A stretch of DNA of 32,738 bases from positions 1-32,738 of the forward strand of contig JAZUAB010000067.1 in the NCBI GenBank assembly GCA_045637745.1. Reading direction: 5' to 3'. A program made the position numbers and the translations under genes. The stretch comes from Candidatus Onthoplasma sp. (GTDB lineage: Bacteria; Bacillota; Clostridia; Christensenellales; UBA1242). The notes below the pieces were generated by a model. It ran no database searches. It was not told the origin of the DNA and saw only the letters and a program-made list of their open reading frames with translations. Shown one piece after another: positions 9,180 through 18,610 of this stretch; the stretch's first letter is position 1; each line of letters begins with the position of its first letter.

Positions 9180-12100
9180 ATGAAAAAAAGAGTGTTATTG
9201 ACGCTTGGCTTGCTAAGTGTATTGATGCTTGGTGGATGTAAGGAAACTGAAAAGAAATTAGGAACATTGTCGGCACCACAGCAAGTATCTGTTCAATCAA
9301 ACGATGGTAAGAGTTTGATTATTTTTGATGAGGTTGAAAATGCTCAATATTATAATATTTATATCAATGATATGTCGATTACTGTAAAGGGAGATGGTAG
9401 TGGAACGGTAGAGTTTGATGCATCTAAGATAATTAATTTACCACAACAATATACTATTAAGGTAAAGGCTGGAAATAAGAAATATTTTGACAGCCAGTTT
9501 TCAGAAGAGTGTAAATATAACCATACCGGAACTTTAGCTTCCCCTGTGATTACTATTGACGGAACGATTTTAAATTGGAACAAGGTTGAAAATGCCGACT
9601 TTTATGATATATCTGTAACATCATTTAATCCTAATATGGAAAACGTTTATACATTCCCTATAAATACATTTGATTTTTCCAACTTGTTGACAGCCAAAGG
9701 CGAATATTTGTTTAAAGTTCGCGCAGTAAGTGAAAATAACAAATATTTAACTAGCAGTTATTCTAATCAAATTAGATATAATAATAGTATTACATTGACA
9801 ACTCCATATAATTTACAAACTCATTATGATTTGTCTTCGAACGAATTGTTATTAAAATTTTTATCTAGCAAAGATGTTGACAACTTTTTGTTAAACATTG
9901 AGGGGGTTAATTATAATTTAAGTACGACATCAACATTTTTTATAAAAAATGATTTTAAAAATAAATACACAATAAAATTAAGTTCATTTATGTCGAGTAA
10001 GGGAATTGAATTTAATAGTTCAAAGAAAGTAAATATTAGCGTTAAAGCAGTTTCCACTCAGCAATACTTGTATAGTTCAGAGTTTTCTGAAACTATTAGT
10101 TGCGGAAAGTTTGAGATGCTTCCAAAGCCACAACTTAGTGTAAGCAACAACTCAAATATTGCAACACTAAAAATACAATACGGCAATAAGGCATACAATG
10201 TTGCAAATAATTCACAATTTTTAAGCGGATATGCCATATACTTAAATGATGTAAAATATAAAACTCTATTTAAAGATATGACAGAGGTGGAATTGCCTAT
10301 TGATGTAATCGGTTCTAAAGGAATTAGAGTTCAAGCGATAAGCAATAACAATAATTGTTATTCCTCTAATTTGAGCGATGTTAAATATATTGAAGCTGGT
10401 TTGCCAGCATTGTCTGGATTAACAATAACATACGATGCTGGAGTTGTAACTTGGAACAAGATTGATGATGTAACGGCATATTATGTAGAAATATCTAATG
10501 ATATATTTAGATATCAATCATATTTTGATTCAAGTGATGAGGCTAGAATTGAAATTTCAGATATTTGCGAACCAAATAATTATAGTGTAAAAGTAATTGC
10601 ATTTAAAGATGGATTTAAACAATCTGAAGCAAGTAAAAGTATAACTTATACATTACAACTTGATGATATTACTGGTGTTGAAATCCGTGAAATAGGTGAT
10701 GTGAAGTATTTGTATTTTAACGAAGTGGATAATGCTTATGGGTATGTTGTGTATGTCAACGATTTGGTTGAAGATGAAGTGTTTAAATCATCACCAATTA
10801 ATATAAATAAATATATTAGCGATGCATCTAGTTATAACATTCAAGTTCAAGCTATTTCAATTGCAGAAGATATTATGTTTAGCAGTGAATTATCTGAAGG
10901 GGTTTTGCTACAAAACATTAGAACGTTATCAACACCAACTTTAACAATAACTAATGAAGACAATAAATATTATCTAAACATTAATGTCAATGAGTCTGAG
11001 ACTGCTCTTGCATCAGGCTGTGAAATTTGGATTAACTATGTATCAATAGGAATTCAAGAGTTTAAAGATGGTCGTATTGACATAACCTCATATTTTGCTA
11101 ATGCAGGCGAATATAATTTTAAGGCAAAAGCAATAGCAAATAATGGAAACTCTTATGTTAAAGATTCTAATATGGCAAGTATTAGCAAAACGATCAAAAA
11201 GCAACTAGATATTGTACAAAATGTGGTTGTAAAGGAGATAAAAGAAGAGAGTCGATATATTCTAGAATTTGACGAACAAACTCTTGCGGCTAAATATTTA
11301 GTAAACATTGTAAAAGCAGAAAATGATTCATATAATGTTGAATTCGAGATTGAAAGCGGATATGCTGATATTACTCAATATGTAAAAGAAAATGGTGCAT
11401 ATAAAGTATATGTTAAAGCAATTGCTATGGATTCGGGTGTATATGAAGATTCGGCAACCAGCGGTAATCCTTGTAGGTTTGAAAAAGGATTGACATTGCC
11501 TTCAGTTCAAAATATAACTGTGACAAAATCTGGTCGAAGCATTAAGGCAACATGGGATGTGGTTAACTATGCTATAAAGTATCAAGTAAGTATTGAATAT
11601 ACATCTCCAAATGGACAAAAAAATGTAATAAAATCAGAATCTACTACCACAACAAATTTAGAACTTGGAAATGGCATTATTGGCAAGGAAGGGGTGTACA
11701 TAATGCACATAAAAGCCATTGGTGATGGTGAAGCATATGAAAATAGTCAAGAATCTTCATATTCATACACATATACAATGGAAACGCAAGTTGACTATGA
11801 ACGCAACAAAGCATTTATATATGGAAACACTTATAATTATCACGTGACCACTATTGATGAGTTGAAACATTTGTTATGGTATCATTATTTATATAATGAT
11901 GAGGTGTGGACATATAATGGCTCGTTAAATTATAATTTAAAAATATATTGTGTTCAAGATATTGACACAATGGCAAGCAAGTATAGCGACACACTTGCGG
12001 ATGAGATACGAGATGTGCCTACAAAAGTTGAAAAGATGCAACATATAGCAACAAGATTAATGGCAGAATATCCAGAAATGGCTTACTATACTTTGGGTGA

Positions 12101-13337
12101 CAATGGACAGCCTTTCTGCGCAAATGAAAAAACAAATGTTTATTTGTTTAGATATAAAGATGAATTACAAGCGAATAAATTAGATAAAGTTGCTATTAAT
12201 GAAAAAATATTTAATAACAAAGTGGAAGAGATTGATGGTTTTGAAAAGCGCTCTAGCAATTACGTGTTTACAATAGACAAACTTGCAAGTGTAAATGTAA
12301 CTACAAGCGAACAATTGTTTATGGCAGTGCAATATAATCGTCGTCCAAACTTTGTCGGCGATAGCGAGGTGGCGGAAGTTGTGTATGAAAATGCAAGATT
12401 CTTGTTAAGGCAAATATGTAGTGATGATATGACTGAGTATGAAAAAGCAACTGCAATATATGATTTATTGACTAGCCGTGTGCTTTACAACAATAATGTT
12501 AGCGTTGGCGACCCCGATGAATTAATTTCAGGCGTTATGAGAGGAAATATTAAGGATTTCTATCTAGAAGGAATATTGTACAATCCTAAGGAATTAAGCA
12601 ACGGGCTATTTACAAGCATAGAAGACCTTAATGGGTTAACAGCCGTGTCAAGTGGATTCGCAAAAGCATATTCGTTGTTATGTGCTATTGAAGGCATTGA
12701 TTGTATTAAGGTTGACGGCACTACTAAAAACGGGAATAGTTCTTGGAATAAGGTATATTTAGATATAAATGAGTCTGGAACAAAACAATGGTATGCGATT
12801 GATTTTGTAAATGCTCGCACCAATATTACTTATAAAGGACAGGAATATCAAGTTGCATCTCACAGTTATTATTTGGTAACAGATGCATATCTAAACAATC
12901 AATTAAACTCACAAATCAAGACTTTGCACACGCGACTTGGTGCCGAAACGATTGATTTTAAATATTCGGCAACCACAACATTTGATTATTATGCGAATGA
13001 TATCGTGTCTTGTAGTTATAAGGCAACGATTGGTGGGACTATTGTTACAGAAACAATTGTTGAGGACCATAAGGCAACCACAGAAGATGAATTTAGACCA
13101 TTGATTATATCTGCGCGCATCAATTCGGGTAAAAAGCATAATATTGTAATGGAAATAGATACTACTGGCGCCCTTATAGGGATTGAAACATTAAAGAATA
13201 ATATGACAAGTAGTTATATTGGCAGTGCGAATACAGTTATGCAAAATAAGGGGCTAGGTGGAACATATCAAGGAGATTTCACGGTGACATATATTGGACA
13301 AATAATCTTGTTATGCTTTGTTCCTAATGGAGTATAA
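9180..13337 (+). CDS. Large lipoprotein with FN3-like repeats and a C-terminal, apparently inactive transglutaminase-like domain
   Basis: Signal peptide with lipobox LGGC (Cys20). Repeated LxxP...W/F..V.NA..Y...YxxxVKA...Y.dS..S units. C-terminal MTEYEKATAIYD...VSSGFAKAYSLLC...GIDC..V.G...SWNKV...WYAID. Confidence 0.8.
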   Translation: MKKRVLLTLGLLSVLMLGGCKETEKKLGTLSAPQQVSVQSNDGKSLIIFDEVENAQYYNIYINDMSITVKGDGSGTVEFDASKIINLPQQYTIKVKAGNKKYFDSQFSEECKYNHTGTLASPVITIDGTILNWNKVENADFYDISVTSFNPNMENVYTFPINTFDFSNLLTAKGEYLFKVRAVSENNKYLTSSYSNQIRYNNSITLTTPYNLQTHYDLSSNELLLKFLSSKDVDNFLLNIEGVNYNLSTTSTFFIKNDFKNKYTIKLSSFMSSKGIEFNSSKKVNISVKAVSTQQYLYSSEFSETISCGKFEMLPKPQLSVSNNSNIATLKIQYGNKAYNVANNSQFLSGYAIYLNDVKYKTLFKDMTEVELPIDVIGSKGIRVQAISNNNNCYSSNLSDVKYIEAGLPALSGLTITYDAGVVTWNKIDDVTAYYVEISNDIFRYQSYFDSSDEARIEISDICEPNNYSVKVIAFKDGFKQSEASKSITYTLQLDDITGVEIREIGDVKYLYFNEVDNAYGYVVYVNDLVEDEVFKSSPININKYISDASSYNIQVQAISIAEDIMFSSELSEGVLLQNIRTLSTPTLTITNEDNKYYLNINVNESETALASGCEIWINYVSIGIQEFKDGRIDITSYFANAGEYNFKAKAIANNGNSYVKDSNMASISKTIKKQLDIVQNVVVKEIKEESRYILEFDEQTLAAKYLVNIVKAENDSYNVEFEIESGYADITQYVKENGAYKVYVKAIAMDSGVYEDSATSGNPCRFEKGLTLPSVQNITVTKSGRSIKATWDVVNYAIKYQVSIEYTSPNGQKNVIKSESTTTTNLELGNGIIGKEGVYIMHIKAIGDGEAYENSQESSYSYTYTMETQVDYERNKAFIYGNTYNYHVTTIDELKHLLWYHYLYNDEVWTYNGSLNYNLKIYCVQDIDTMASKYSDTLADEIRDVPTKVEKMQHIATRLMAEYPEMAYYTLGDNGQPFCANEKTNVYLFRYKDELQANKLDKVAINEKIFNNKVEEIDGFEKRSSNYVFTIDKLASVNVTTSEQLFMAVQYNRRPNFVGDSEVAEVVYENARFLLRQICSDDMTEYEKATAIYDLLTSRVLYNNNVSVGDPDELISGVMRGNIKDFYLEGILYNPKELSNGLFTSIEDLNGLTAVSSGFAKAYSLLCAIEGIDCIKVDGTTKNGNSSWNKVYLDINESGTKQWYAIDFVNARTNITYKGQEYQVASHSYYLVTDAYLNNQLNSQIKTLHTRLGAETIDFKYSATTTFDYYANDIVSCSYKATIGGTIVTETIVEDHKATTEDEFRPLIISARINSGKKHNIVMEIDTTGALIGIETLKNNMTSSYIGSANTVMQNKGLGGTYQGDFTVTYIGQIILLCFVPNGV

Positions 13338-13346
13338 AATATAGAT

Positions 13347-13376
13347 GCATAATTAAATGATAATAGCGTAATACTA
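13347..13376 (+). promoter_or_regulatory. sigmaG-type (forespore) promoter of the ger operon
   Basis: GCATA (13347-13351), 18 nt, AATACTA (13370-13376). gerA-type operons are known sigmaG targets in Bacillus. Confidence 0.7.
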
Positions 13377-13382
13377 ACACTA

Positions 13383-14822
13383 ATGAAAAGTGCTAGTAAA
13401 ATATTAAACGAAATAAAACAAACACTGCACTTCAGCGCCGATTTTAAGGTGAGAGAAGTGCAGTTTTTTGACACGCAATTATTTATTGTGTATTTAGCAC
13501 CACTTACAGACAATAATTTATTAAATGAAAGTGTGATTAAGCCACTTATTGAATTTAATGAGAATTTGGATGGTGATGTTTGCAGTTTTATTCGGGAGCA
13601 AGTATTAGCCAATAACGAGGTGCAAGAGCAAAGTGATCAAAATCAGTTTGTTACCGAAATTTTAAAGGGGCGCGCAGGGATTATTATTGATAAAAGTGGC
13701 AAAATGCTCACTTGCGATGTTGAAAAAATTGTTGTACGCCCTATTCAAGAGCCACCAAACTCGGCTGTAATCAAGGGTCCACGCGAGGGGTTTAACGAAA
13801 GTATTAAATATAACTTATCGTTAATAAGGCACAAGCTTCCAACACCCAATTTAGTTATAGATTCGTTTTCTATAGGCAAATATACCAAGACTCAAGTTGC
13901 AGTAATATATCTTCAAGATATCGCTGACAAAAATGTGGTGAAAGAAATTGAACGCCGAATATCAAAAATTAATATCGACGGAGTGGTTGATAGTTATTAC
14001 ATTTCAGCATACCTGCAAAGTAAACCGAATTCGATATTTAAGCAGGTTGGCGACACTGAAAAACCAGATATACTGGTGAGCAAAATGCTAGAAGGGCGCA
14101 TAGGGATTGTGGTTGATGGCTCTCCAATAGTTCTTACATTGCCATTTATATTGGTTGAGGATTTGCAAAGTAGTGACGACTATTATTCACAACCCTTAAA
14201 AGTAGCGTTTTTACGAATTTTACGACTTATAGGTGTAGTGTTGGCGGTATTGTTGCCGGGAACATATGTGGCAATACAACTATATCATTACAAAATATTG
14301 CCAACCGAGTTTTTGATAACCATTATGGACACCACTCAGGGCATTCCGTTTACGCCGTTTACAGAGGTGTTGTTTATAGTATTATTATTTGAAATTTTAT
14401 ACGAAGCGAATTTGCATATGCCACAATATATGGGTATGGCGCTTAGCATTGTGGGGGCGTTGATATTGGGTGAAACGGCTGTAAATGCAGGGCTGGTTAG
14501 TCCACCTGCGGTTATGATTGTAGCGCTTAGTGGATTGACTTTTTATGTGGTGCCTAATCAAGCATCGCAATTTTCAATGTTGCGAATTTTGTATATATTT
14601 ATAGGTGCAACCCTTGGTCTGTTTGGAATATTGGCATTTAGTGTGTGGGTGGTATCATATTTAAGTAGTTTTGACACGTATGAGTCGGCTTACTTGGGGC
14701 CGGCAACACCATATATTAAAGGCGATATGAAGGACTTTTTGATAAAAGCACCATTGAATAAAATGAAAACTCGCCCAAGGAGTATTGCCAATAATAAAAG
14801 GAATAGGACAAGACAAAAATGA
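13383..14822 (+). CDS. gerKA: Spore germination receptor subunit A (GerA/GerKA family)
   Basis: EPPNSAVIKGPREGFNE, TEKPD, LEGRIGIVVDGSP, SIVGALILGETAVNAGLVSP. Confidence 0.93.
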   Translation: MKSASKILNEIKQTLHFSADFKVREVQFFDTQLFIVYLAPLTDNNLLNESVIKPLIEFNENLDGDVCSFIREQVLANNEVQEQSDQNQFVTEILKGRAGIIIDKSGKMLTCDVEKIVVRPIQEPPNSAVIKGPREGFNESIKYNLSLIRHKLPTPNLVIDSFSIGKYTKTQVAVIYLQDIADKNVVKEIERRISKINIDGVVDSYYISAYLQSKPNSIFKQVGDTEKPDILVSKMLEGRIGIVVDGSPIVLTLPFILVEDLQSSDDYYSQPLKVAFLRILRLIGVVLAVLLPGTYVAIQLYHYKILPTEFLITIMDTTQGIPFTPFTEVLFIVLLFEILYEANLHMPQYMGMALSIVGALILGETAVNAGLVSPPAVMIVALSGLTFYVVPNQASQFSMLRILYIFIGATLGLFGILAFSVWVVSYLSSFDTYESAYLGPATPYIKGDMKDFLIKAPLNKMKTRPRSIANNKRNRTRQK

Positions 14823-16015
14823 AAATGACATATAGACAAGCATCAATAATAATATTTTATATGCTGGTAGCGTTCAAGGTTTTATCGCTACCTAGTCTTG
14901 TGTATCAAACGTGCAAAAACGATGGTTATCTTGCGGTGTTTATAATGATGGTTGTGGATGCGATATTGTTATGGGCGTCATTAAAGATTTTAAAACAGGC
15001 TAAAGACAAGAATATATATGATTTTATAAAAGAACGTACTGGCAGTGTGGTGGCAAAAATATTTGTTATAGCAGTTACACTGATTCCATTAATTCATTTG
15101 GGAATAAAAACTAAAGGACTTGAATGGTTTTTGGTCAAAAACTTATATACCAAATTCGAATGGTTCCAATTTGCAATCCCTATTGCCCTTATTACCTGCT
15201 ATATGATATATAAGGGTGCAAGAAATATAGGTAGGGTTAGCGAATTCTTTGTTTGGATAATAATATTCGGCGTGATTGTAATTATCATTAAGGGTTTTGC
15301 ATCGGTAGATTTAACATTCTTTTTGCCGGTTTTAAGTAAAGGCATCAAACCGATATTTAAGGCAATATATGACTATTTAGCGTGGTTTGGTATAGGTGGT
15401 GAACTTTTATTATTTGCTGGATGTATTGACTTTAAAAAAGAGAAAAGATCAAGAGTGTTTTTGTATTCCGCCGTTGCTATAATTTTAGTGCAATTAGTGC
15501 TTTGGAGTTTTTATGGTGCTTATGGTATAATGGCTTCCACTCATAACTTTGCAATATCAGACATTAGTCAGATTTCAAATGCAAATATGGCGTTAGATGA
15601 GTTGTCTTGGCTGATTGTTACCGTATGGGCTATTGCTCAAATATTGCACGTGGGTATATATGGCTATTTGTTTTGCAGAGGCTTGCAACTGATATTTAAT
15701 ATTAAAAAGGATGCAGTTGCGACAATCATATTGTTTGTTTTAATTATTGTGTGGATTTTTTGGGGAGAACACACAATTGCACTTGAAAAATTATTCTTAC
15801 ACAAATCAATAGTATGGATAATGATTGTTGGTCAATATCTAGTGCCATTAATTATATTTGGATTAAGTTATATAAAAAATAAAAAAGAAAATGTTAAGTT
15901 TGTTGACAAGCCAAATAGTGCAAGTGGTGATGAAAAAGATGAAAATCTTAACTTAAAGCAAACAAATATAACGACAACCCAAAAAGGCAAAAGGGGGAAA
16001 TATGCAAAAGTTTAA
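14819..16015 (+). CDS. gerKB: Spore germination receptor subunit B (GerAB/KB, APC-fold membrane protein)
   Basis: About 10 hydrophobic segments and KGARNIGRVSE. ATGA overlap with the A subunit; lies between the A and C subunits. Confidence 0.85.
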   Translation: MKMTYRQASIIIFYMLVAFKVLSLPSLVYQTCKNDGYLAVFIMMVVDAILLWASLKILKQAKDKNIYDFIKERTGSVVAKIFVIAVTLIPLIHLGIKTKGLEWFLVKNLYTKFEWFQFAIPIALITCYMIYKGARNIGRVSEFFVWIIIFGVIVIIIKGFASVDLTFFLPVLSKGIKPIFKAIYDYLAWFGIGGELLLFAGCIDFKKEKRSRVFLYSAVAIILVQLVLWSFYGAYGIMASTHNFAISDISQISNANMALDELSWLIVTVWAIAQILHVGIYGYLFCRGLQLIFNIKKDAVATIILFVLIIVWIFWGEHTIALEKLFLHKSIVWIMIVGQYLVPLIIFGLSYIKNKKENVKFVDKPNSASGDEKDENLNLKQTNITTTQKGKRGKYAKV

Positions 16016-17261
16016 ACAAATATTTTCTCCGCGCAAAATGATTATTTGGGTAAGCATTTTTGTGCTAATAATATCTTTTCAATATACTAATCAGCCGGCA
16101 CAAAGCCAAACTCAAGCAATTGCCACCGCTTTAGCAGTGGAGCAAACCGAAGATAATATGATTGAAGTTAGTGCGGTAATTTTAACTCCAAGACCAGCAT
16201 CAACCAGCAAGCGAAAGGCATATACTGCAAATGGTTATGATATAACCAATGCAATTAACAATATATCTTTGCAGGTGGGCAAGCAAATTGGTTTTGGTCA
16301 ATGCGATATTATGGCTATTGGTGACAAATTATGTGAAACAAATGCCCTAAAGGCGCTGGATTATTTAACTAGAACTAAACGTGTTGGACGAAATGCTGTT
16401 TTACTTAACTTTTCGGGCAAAACTGAAGATTTTGCAAACTGTGTGGTGCAAATCAATGACAACCTTAGTTTAAAAGTATCCGAAATTATTAATTTTAACA
16501 AGGAATATATTGTGGCAACAGAAACCAATATTGAAAGTTTTTTCAAAGGTTACTACGGCGACCTAGGTGTATCGACTATGCCCAAAATTAAAGTAAGTGA
16601 AATAGAGTCTAGCAATGCAATACCAATTAAAGTAGATGATAGTTCTTCCGAAGGAGCAAGTGGTGGCGGTATTGACGAGGGTGCTAGTTCTAGTAGTGGG
16701 AAAAGTAAAGAATTGTATTTTACCAATGATGGAACAACATCAATATTTAGAGATGGTAAAAAGTTTACAGAAATTCAGCCAGAAGAAGTTAAATACATCA
16801 ACCTTTTGCAACCTGAAAATGTGTTGGGAACATTTATATTGGAAAATGTAAATAGCGATTTATTTGAAAATGCACGAGTTGTACTTGATTTAACAAATAA
16901 AGAAATGAAATATAAACTTAATTTTGATAACGGGAAACCCAGGATTAAATATGATATTCAATTATATATTATGATCGATGAAATCATTGAGGCAGAAAAA
17001 ACTGAAAATCTTCTTCACACCGAAAACTGGTTTGTAGATGACAGTGTGGTAAGTGGATTAAAAAACAAAGTTCAAGAAAACCTTGATATTGTGGTGCAAA
17101 AGTTAAAAGATGACAATATGGATATAATTGAAATTTATGACAAGTTCTATAAGTTTAAAAATAAAAAGTTTGAAAAATTCCTCAATTCACTTGAAAACAA
17201 AAAAGACTTTCTAAAAGATGTAATCTTTGACTATAAAATTACAATCCATAGTTCGTATTAA
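16002..17261 (+). CDS. gerKC: Spore germination receptor subunit C (Ger(x)C family)
   Basis: Third gene of the operon, overlapping the B subunit. AIATALAVE, ITNAINNI...KQIGFGQC...IG and a Gly/Ser-rich linker. Confidence 0.75.
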   Translation: MQKFKQIFSPRKMIIWVSIFVLIISFQYTNQPAQSQTQAIATALAVEQTEDNMIEVSAVILTPRPASTSKRKAYTANGYDITNAINNISLQVGKQIGFGQCDIMAIGDKLCETNALKALDYLTRTKRVGRNAVLLNFSGKTEDFANCVVQINDNLSLKVSEIINFNKEYIVATETNIESFFKGYYGDLGVSTMPKIKVSEIESSNAIPIKVDDSSSEGASGGGIDEGASSSSGKSKELYFTNDGTTSIFRDGKKFTEIQPEEVKYINLLQPENVLGTFILENVNSDLFENARVVLDLTNKEMKYKLNFDNGKPRIKYDIQLYIMIDEIIEAEKTENLLHTENWFVDDSVVSGLKNKVQENLDIVVQKLKDDNMDIIEIYDKFYKFKNKKFEKFLNSLENKKDFLKDVIFDYKITIHSSY

Positions 17262-17301
17262 AATGACTTATTTCACAATCTTTAATTCAACCCTCAATCT
17301 A

Positions 17302-17330
17302 TTGACATATTAGGCGCATTGTGTTATACT
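17302..17330 (+). promoter_or_regulatory. sigmaA promoter with extended -10
   Basis: TTGACA-17 nt-TATACT, with TG at 17322-17323. Confidence 0.75.
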
Positions 17331-17361
17331 GAATTGTATAACAAAAGAGGGAGGAAATAGG

Positions 17362-18033
17362 ATGAAAAGGGTTTTTGGGGTTCGCGAAAAGGTATTTGCC
17401 TTGATATCTCTATTTATAATGGCTGTGCTATGTATTGTTAGATTTGCAATTGCATTTGCAAGAGAAAGCAATCTTATGAGCGAAATAACAAAGAACGAAT
17501 ATGTGGACGAAGCCATAAATTTTGGCGGTCTTAACTATATGAAAGTTATATTAATCGCAATGTTTTGTTTTGCTATATTATTATTGTTGTGTTCGTTCAT
17601 ATATTTATTTGTTAAGAGCGTAAATGCTAAAAGAGGAATTATATTGGTGGCAATGGCAGTATTGTTATTGGCTACGACATTCTTCTTTATAGGAAGGTTT
17701 ATTTGTGAGGATCATTATTCTAAAGCTATATGGCTTACAGATAATTATGAGAGAGAAGCCTTATGTGAGCTTGGCGAGGAATTTCTTCGAAATTCTATAT
17801 ATTTAATTTTCGGCTTAATTGCATCAATTGTAATGCATTTTGTGTCATTTAGTTTGTCAAATGACTATCTAGAAGACAAAGAAGACTCCGAAGAGAAGAA
17901 TGGGAATGATCAAACTACTATTTCAGAAGAAGAAAAAGTGTTGAGTGAAGAAATTAGCAAGCTAAAAGCAAAAATTAAAATTAAAGATTTGGAAAGCGAA
18001 TATTTAAAATTGAAATCACAGTTAGATGAATAA
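17362..18033 (+). CDS. Hypothetical membrane protein (4 TM segments, acidic coiled-coil tail)
   Basis: GGAGG SD, its own promoter and terminator, four hydrophobic segments. Confidence 0.75.
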   Translation: MKRVFGVREKVFALISLFIMAVLCIVRFAIAFARESNLMSEITKNEYVDEAINFGGLNYMKVILIAMFCFAILLLLCSFIYLFVKSVNAKRGIILVAMAVLLLATTFFFIGRFICEDHYSKAIWLTDNYEREALCELGEEFLRNSIYLIFGLIASIVMHFVSFSLSNDYLEDKEDSEEKNGNDQTTISEEEKVLSEEISKLKAKIKIKDLESEYLKLKSQLDE

Positions 18034-18040
18034 TAAATTT

Positions 18041-18070
18041 AAAAATAGTGGTTAATTGCCACTATTTTTT
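18041..18070 (+). terminator. Intrinsic terminator
   Basis: aaaaatagtgg...ccactatttttt. Confidence 0.8.
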
Positions 18071-18078
18071 AAAACTTG

Positions 18079-18107
18079 TTGACAAAAAGATTTGTTAGTG
18101 GTAATAT
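18079..18107 (+). promoter_or_regulatory. sigmaA promoter of the pheST leader
   Basis: TTGACA (18079-18084), 17 nt, TAATAT (18102-18107), with TG extension. Confidence 0.7.
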
Positions 18108-18118
18108 GTTATTAATGC

Positions 18119-18265
18119 GGAAGCAGAAATTTAATAAATTATAAGAAGTAATTTTAAAAAATTACGATTGATTAACATCAATCCTTGCTAATGCAAGTTT
18201 CTTATAATTTTGAATTACGTCAGATTATGTTAAATGTGCGTAAACGCCCGCTTACATAATCTTCC
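18119..18265 (+). ncRNA. Unassigned structured RNA module (four-way junction plus a second stem-loop) 5' of the T-box
   Basis: A 12-bp stem (18136-18147 with 18199-18210) encloses three perfect hairpins. Second stem agattatgt/acataatct (18222-18230 with 18254-18262). Confidence 0.55.
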
Positions 18266-18280
18266 TAGTATTATAAAGAC

Positions 18281-18591
18281 TATGAAGATGTATCAGTAGT
18301 TTGTTGTTTTCATAAAGGGAGAGTGGTCGCCGATTGAGAGCCACTTATGTTCAAACAATAAATGAATTTCAACATTGGAGTTGCTTTGCGGTAAAGCCAA
18401 TAGGTGTTAAGCAAAGACGGACAAAACCGTAAAAATGTAATGAGGTTTTAATAAATATGAAAATATGAAAGTGTGAAGACGCTACGCTTATGAAGTGTGC
18501 TGACGCACGTTGAGGAGTGTTTTATTAAAATAAATTTAGGTGGTACCACGAGTGATTTCGTCCTATTAGATTAATCTAGTAGGATTTTTTT
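18281..18591 (+). promoter_or_regulatory. T-box riboswitch with Phe (UUC) specifier
   Basis: Stem I with AGTA, AGGGAG and TGAGA motifs; GAATTTCA with TTC at 18368-18370; stem II ctttgc/gcaaag; IIA/B acgg/ccgt; T-box AATTTAGGTGGTACCACG (18533-18550); terminator tcctattaga-ttaa-tctagtagga followed by 7 T. Lies upstream of pheS. Confidence 0.93.
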
Positions 18592-18610
18592 GTTTTTAAA
18601 AGGAGTAATT

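Noticed and set aside
18136-18210. Cloverleaf as a tRNA gene or tRNA pseudogene
   Set aside because: All loops are 4 nt, and there is no 7-nt anticodon loop, GTTC T-arm motif, D-loop GG or CCA end.
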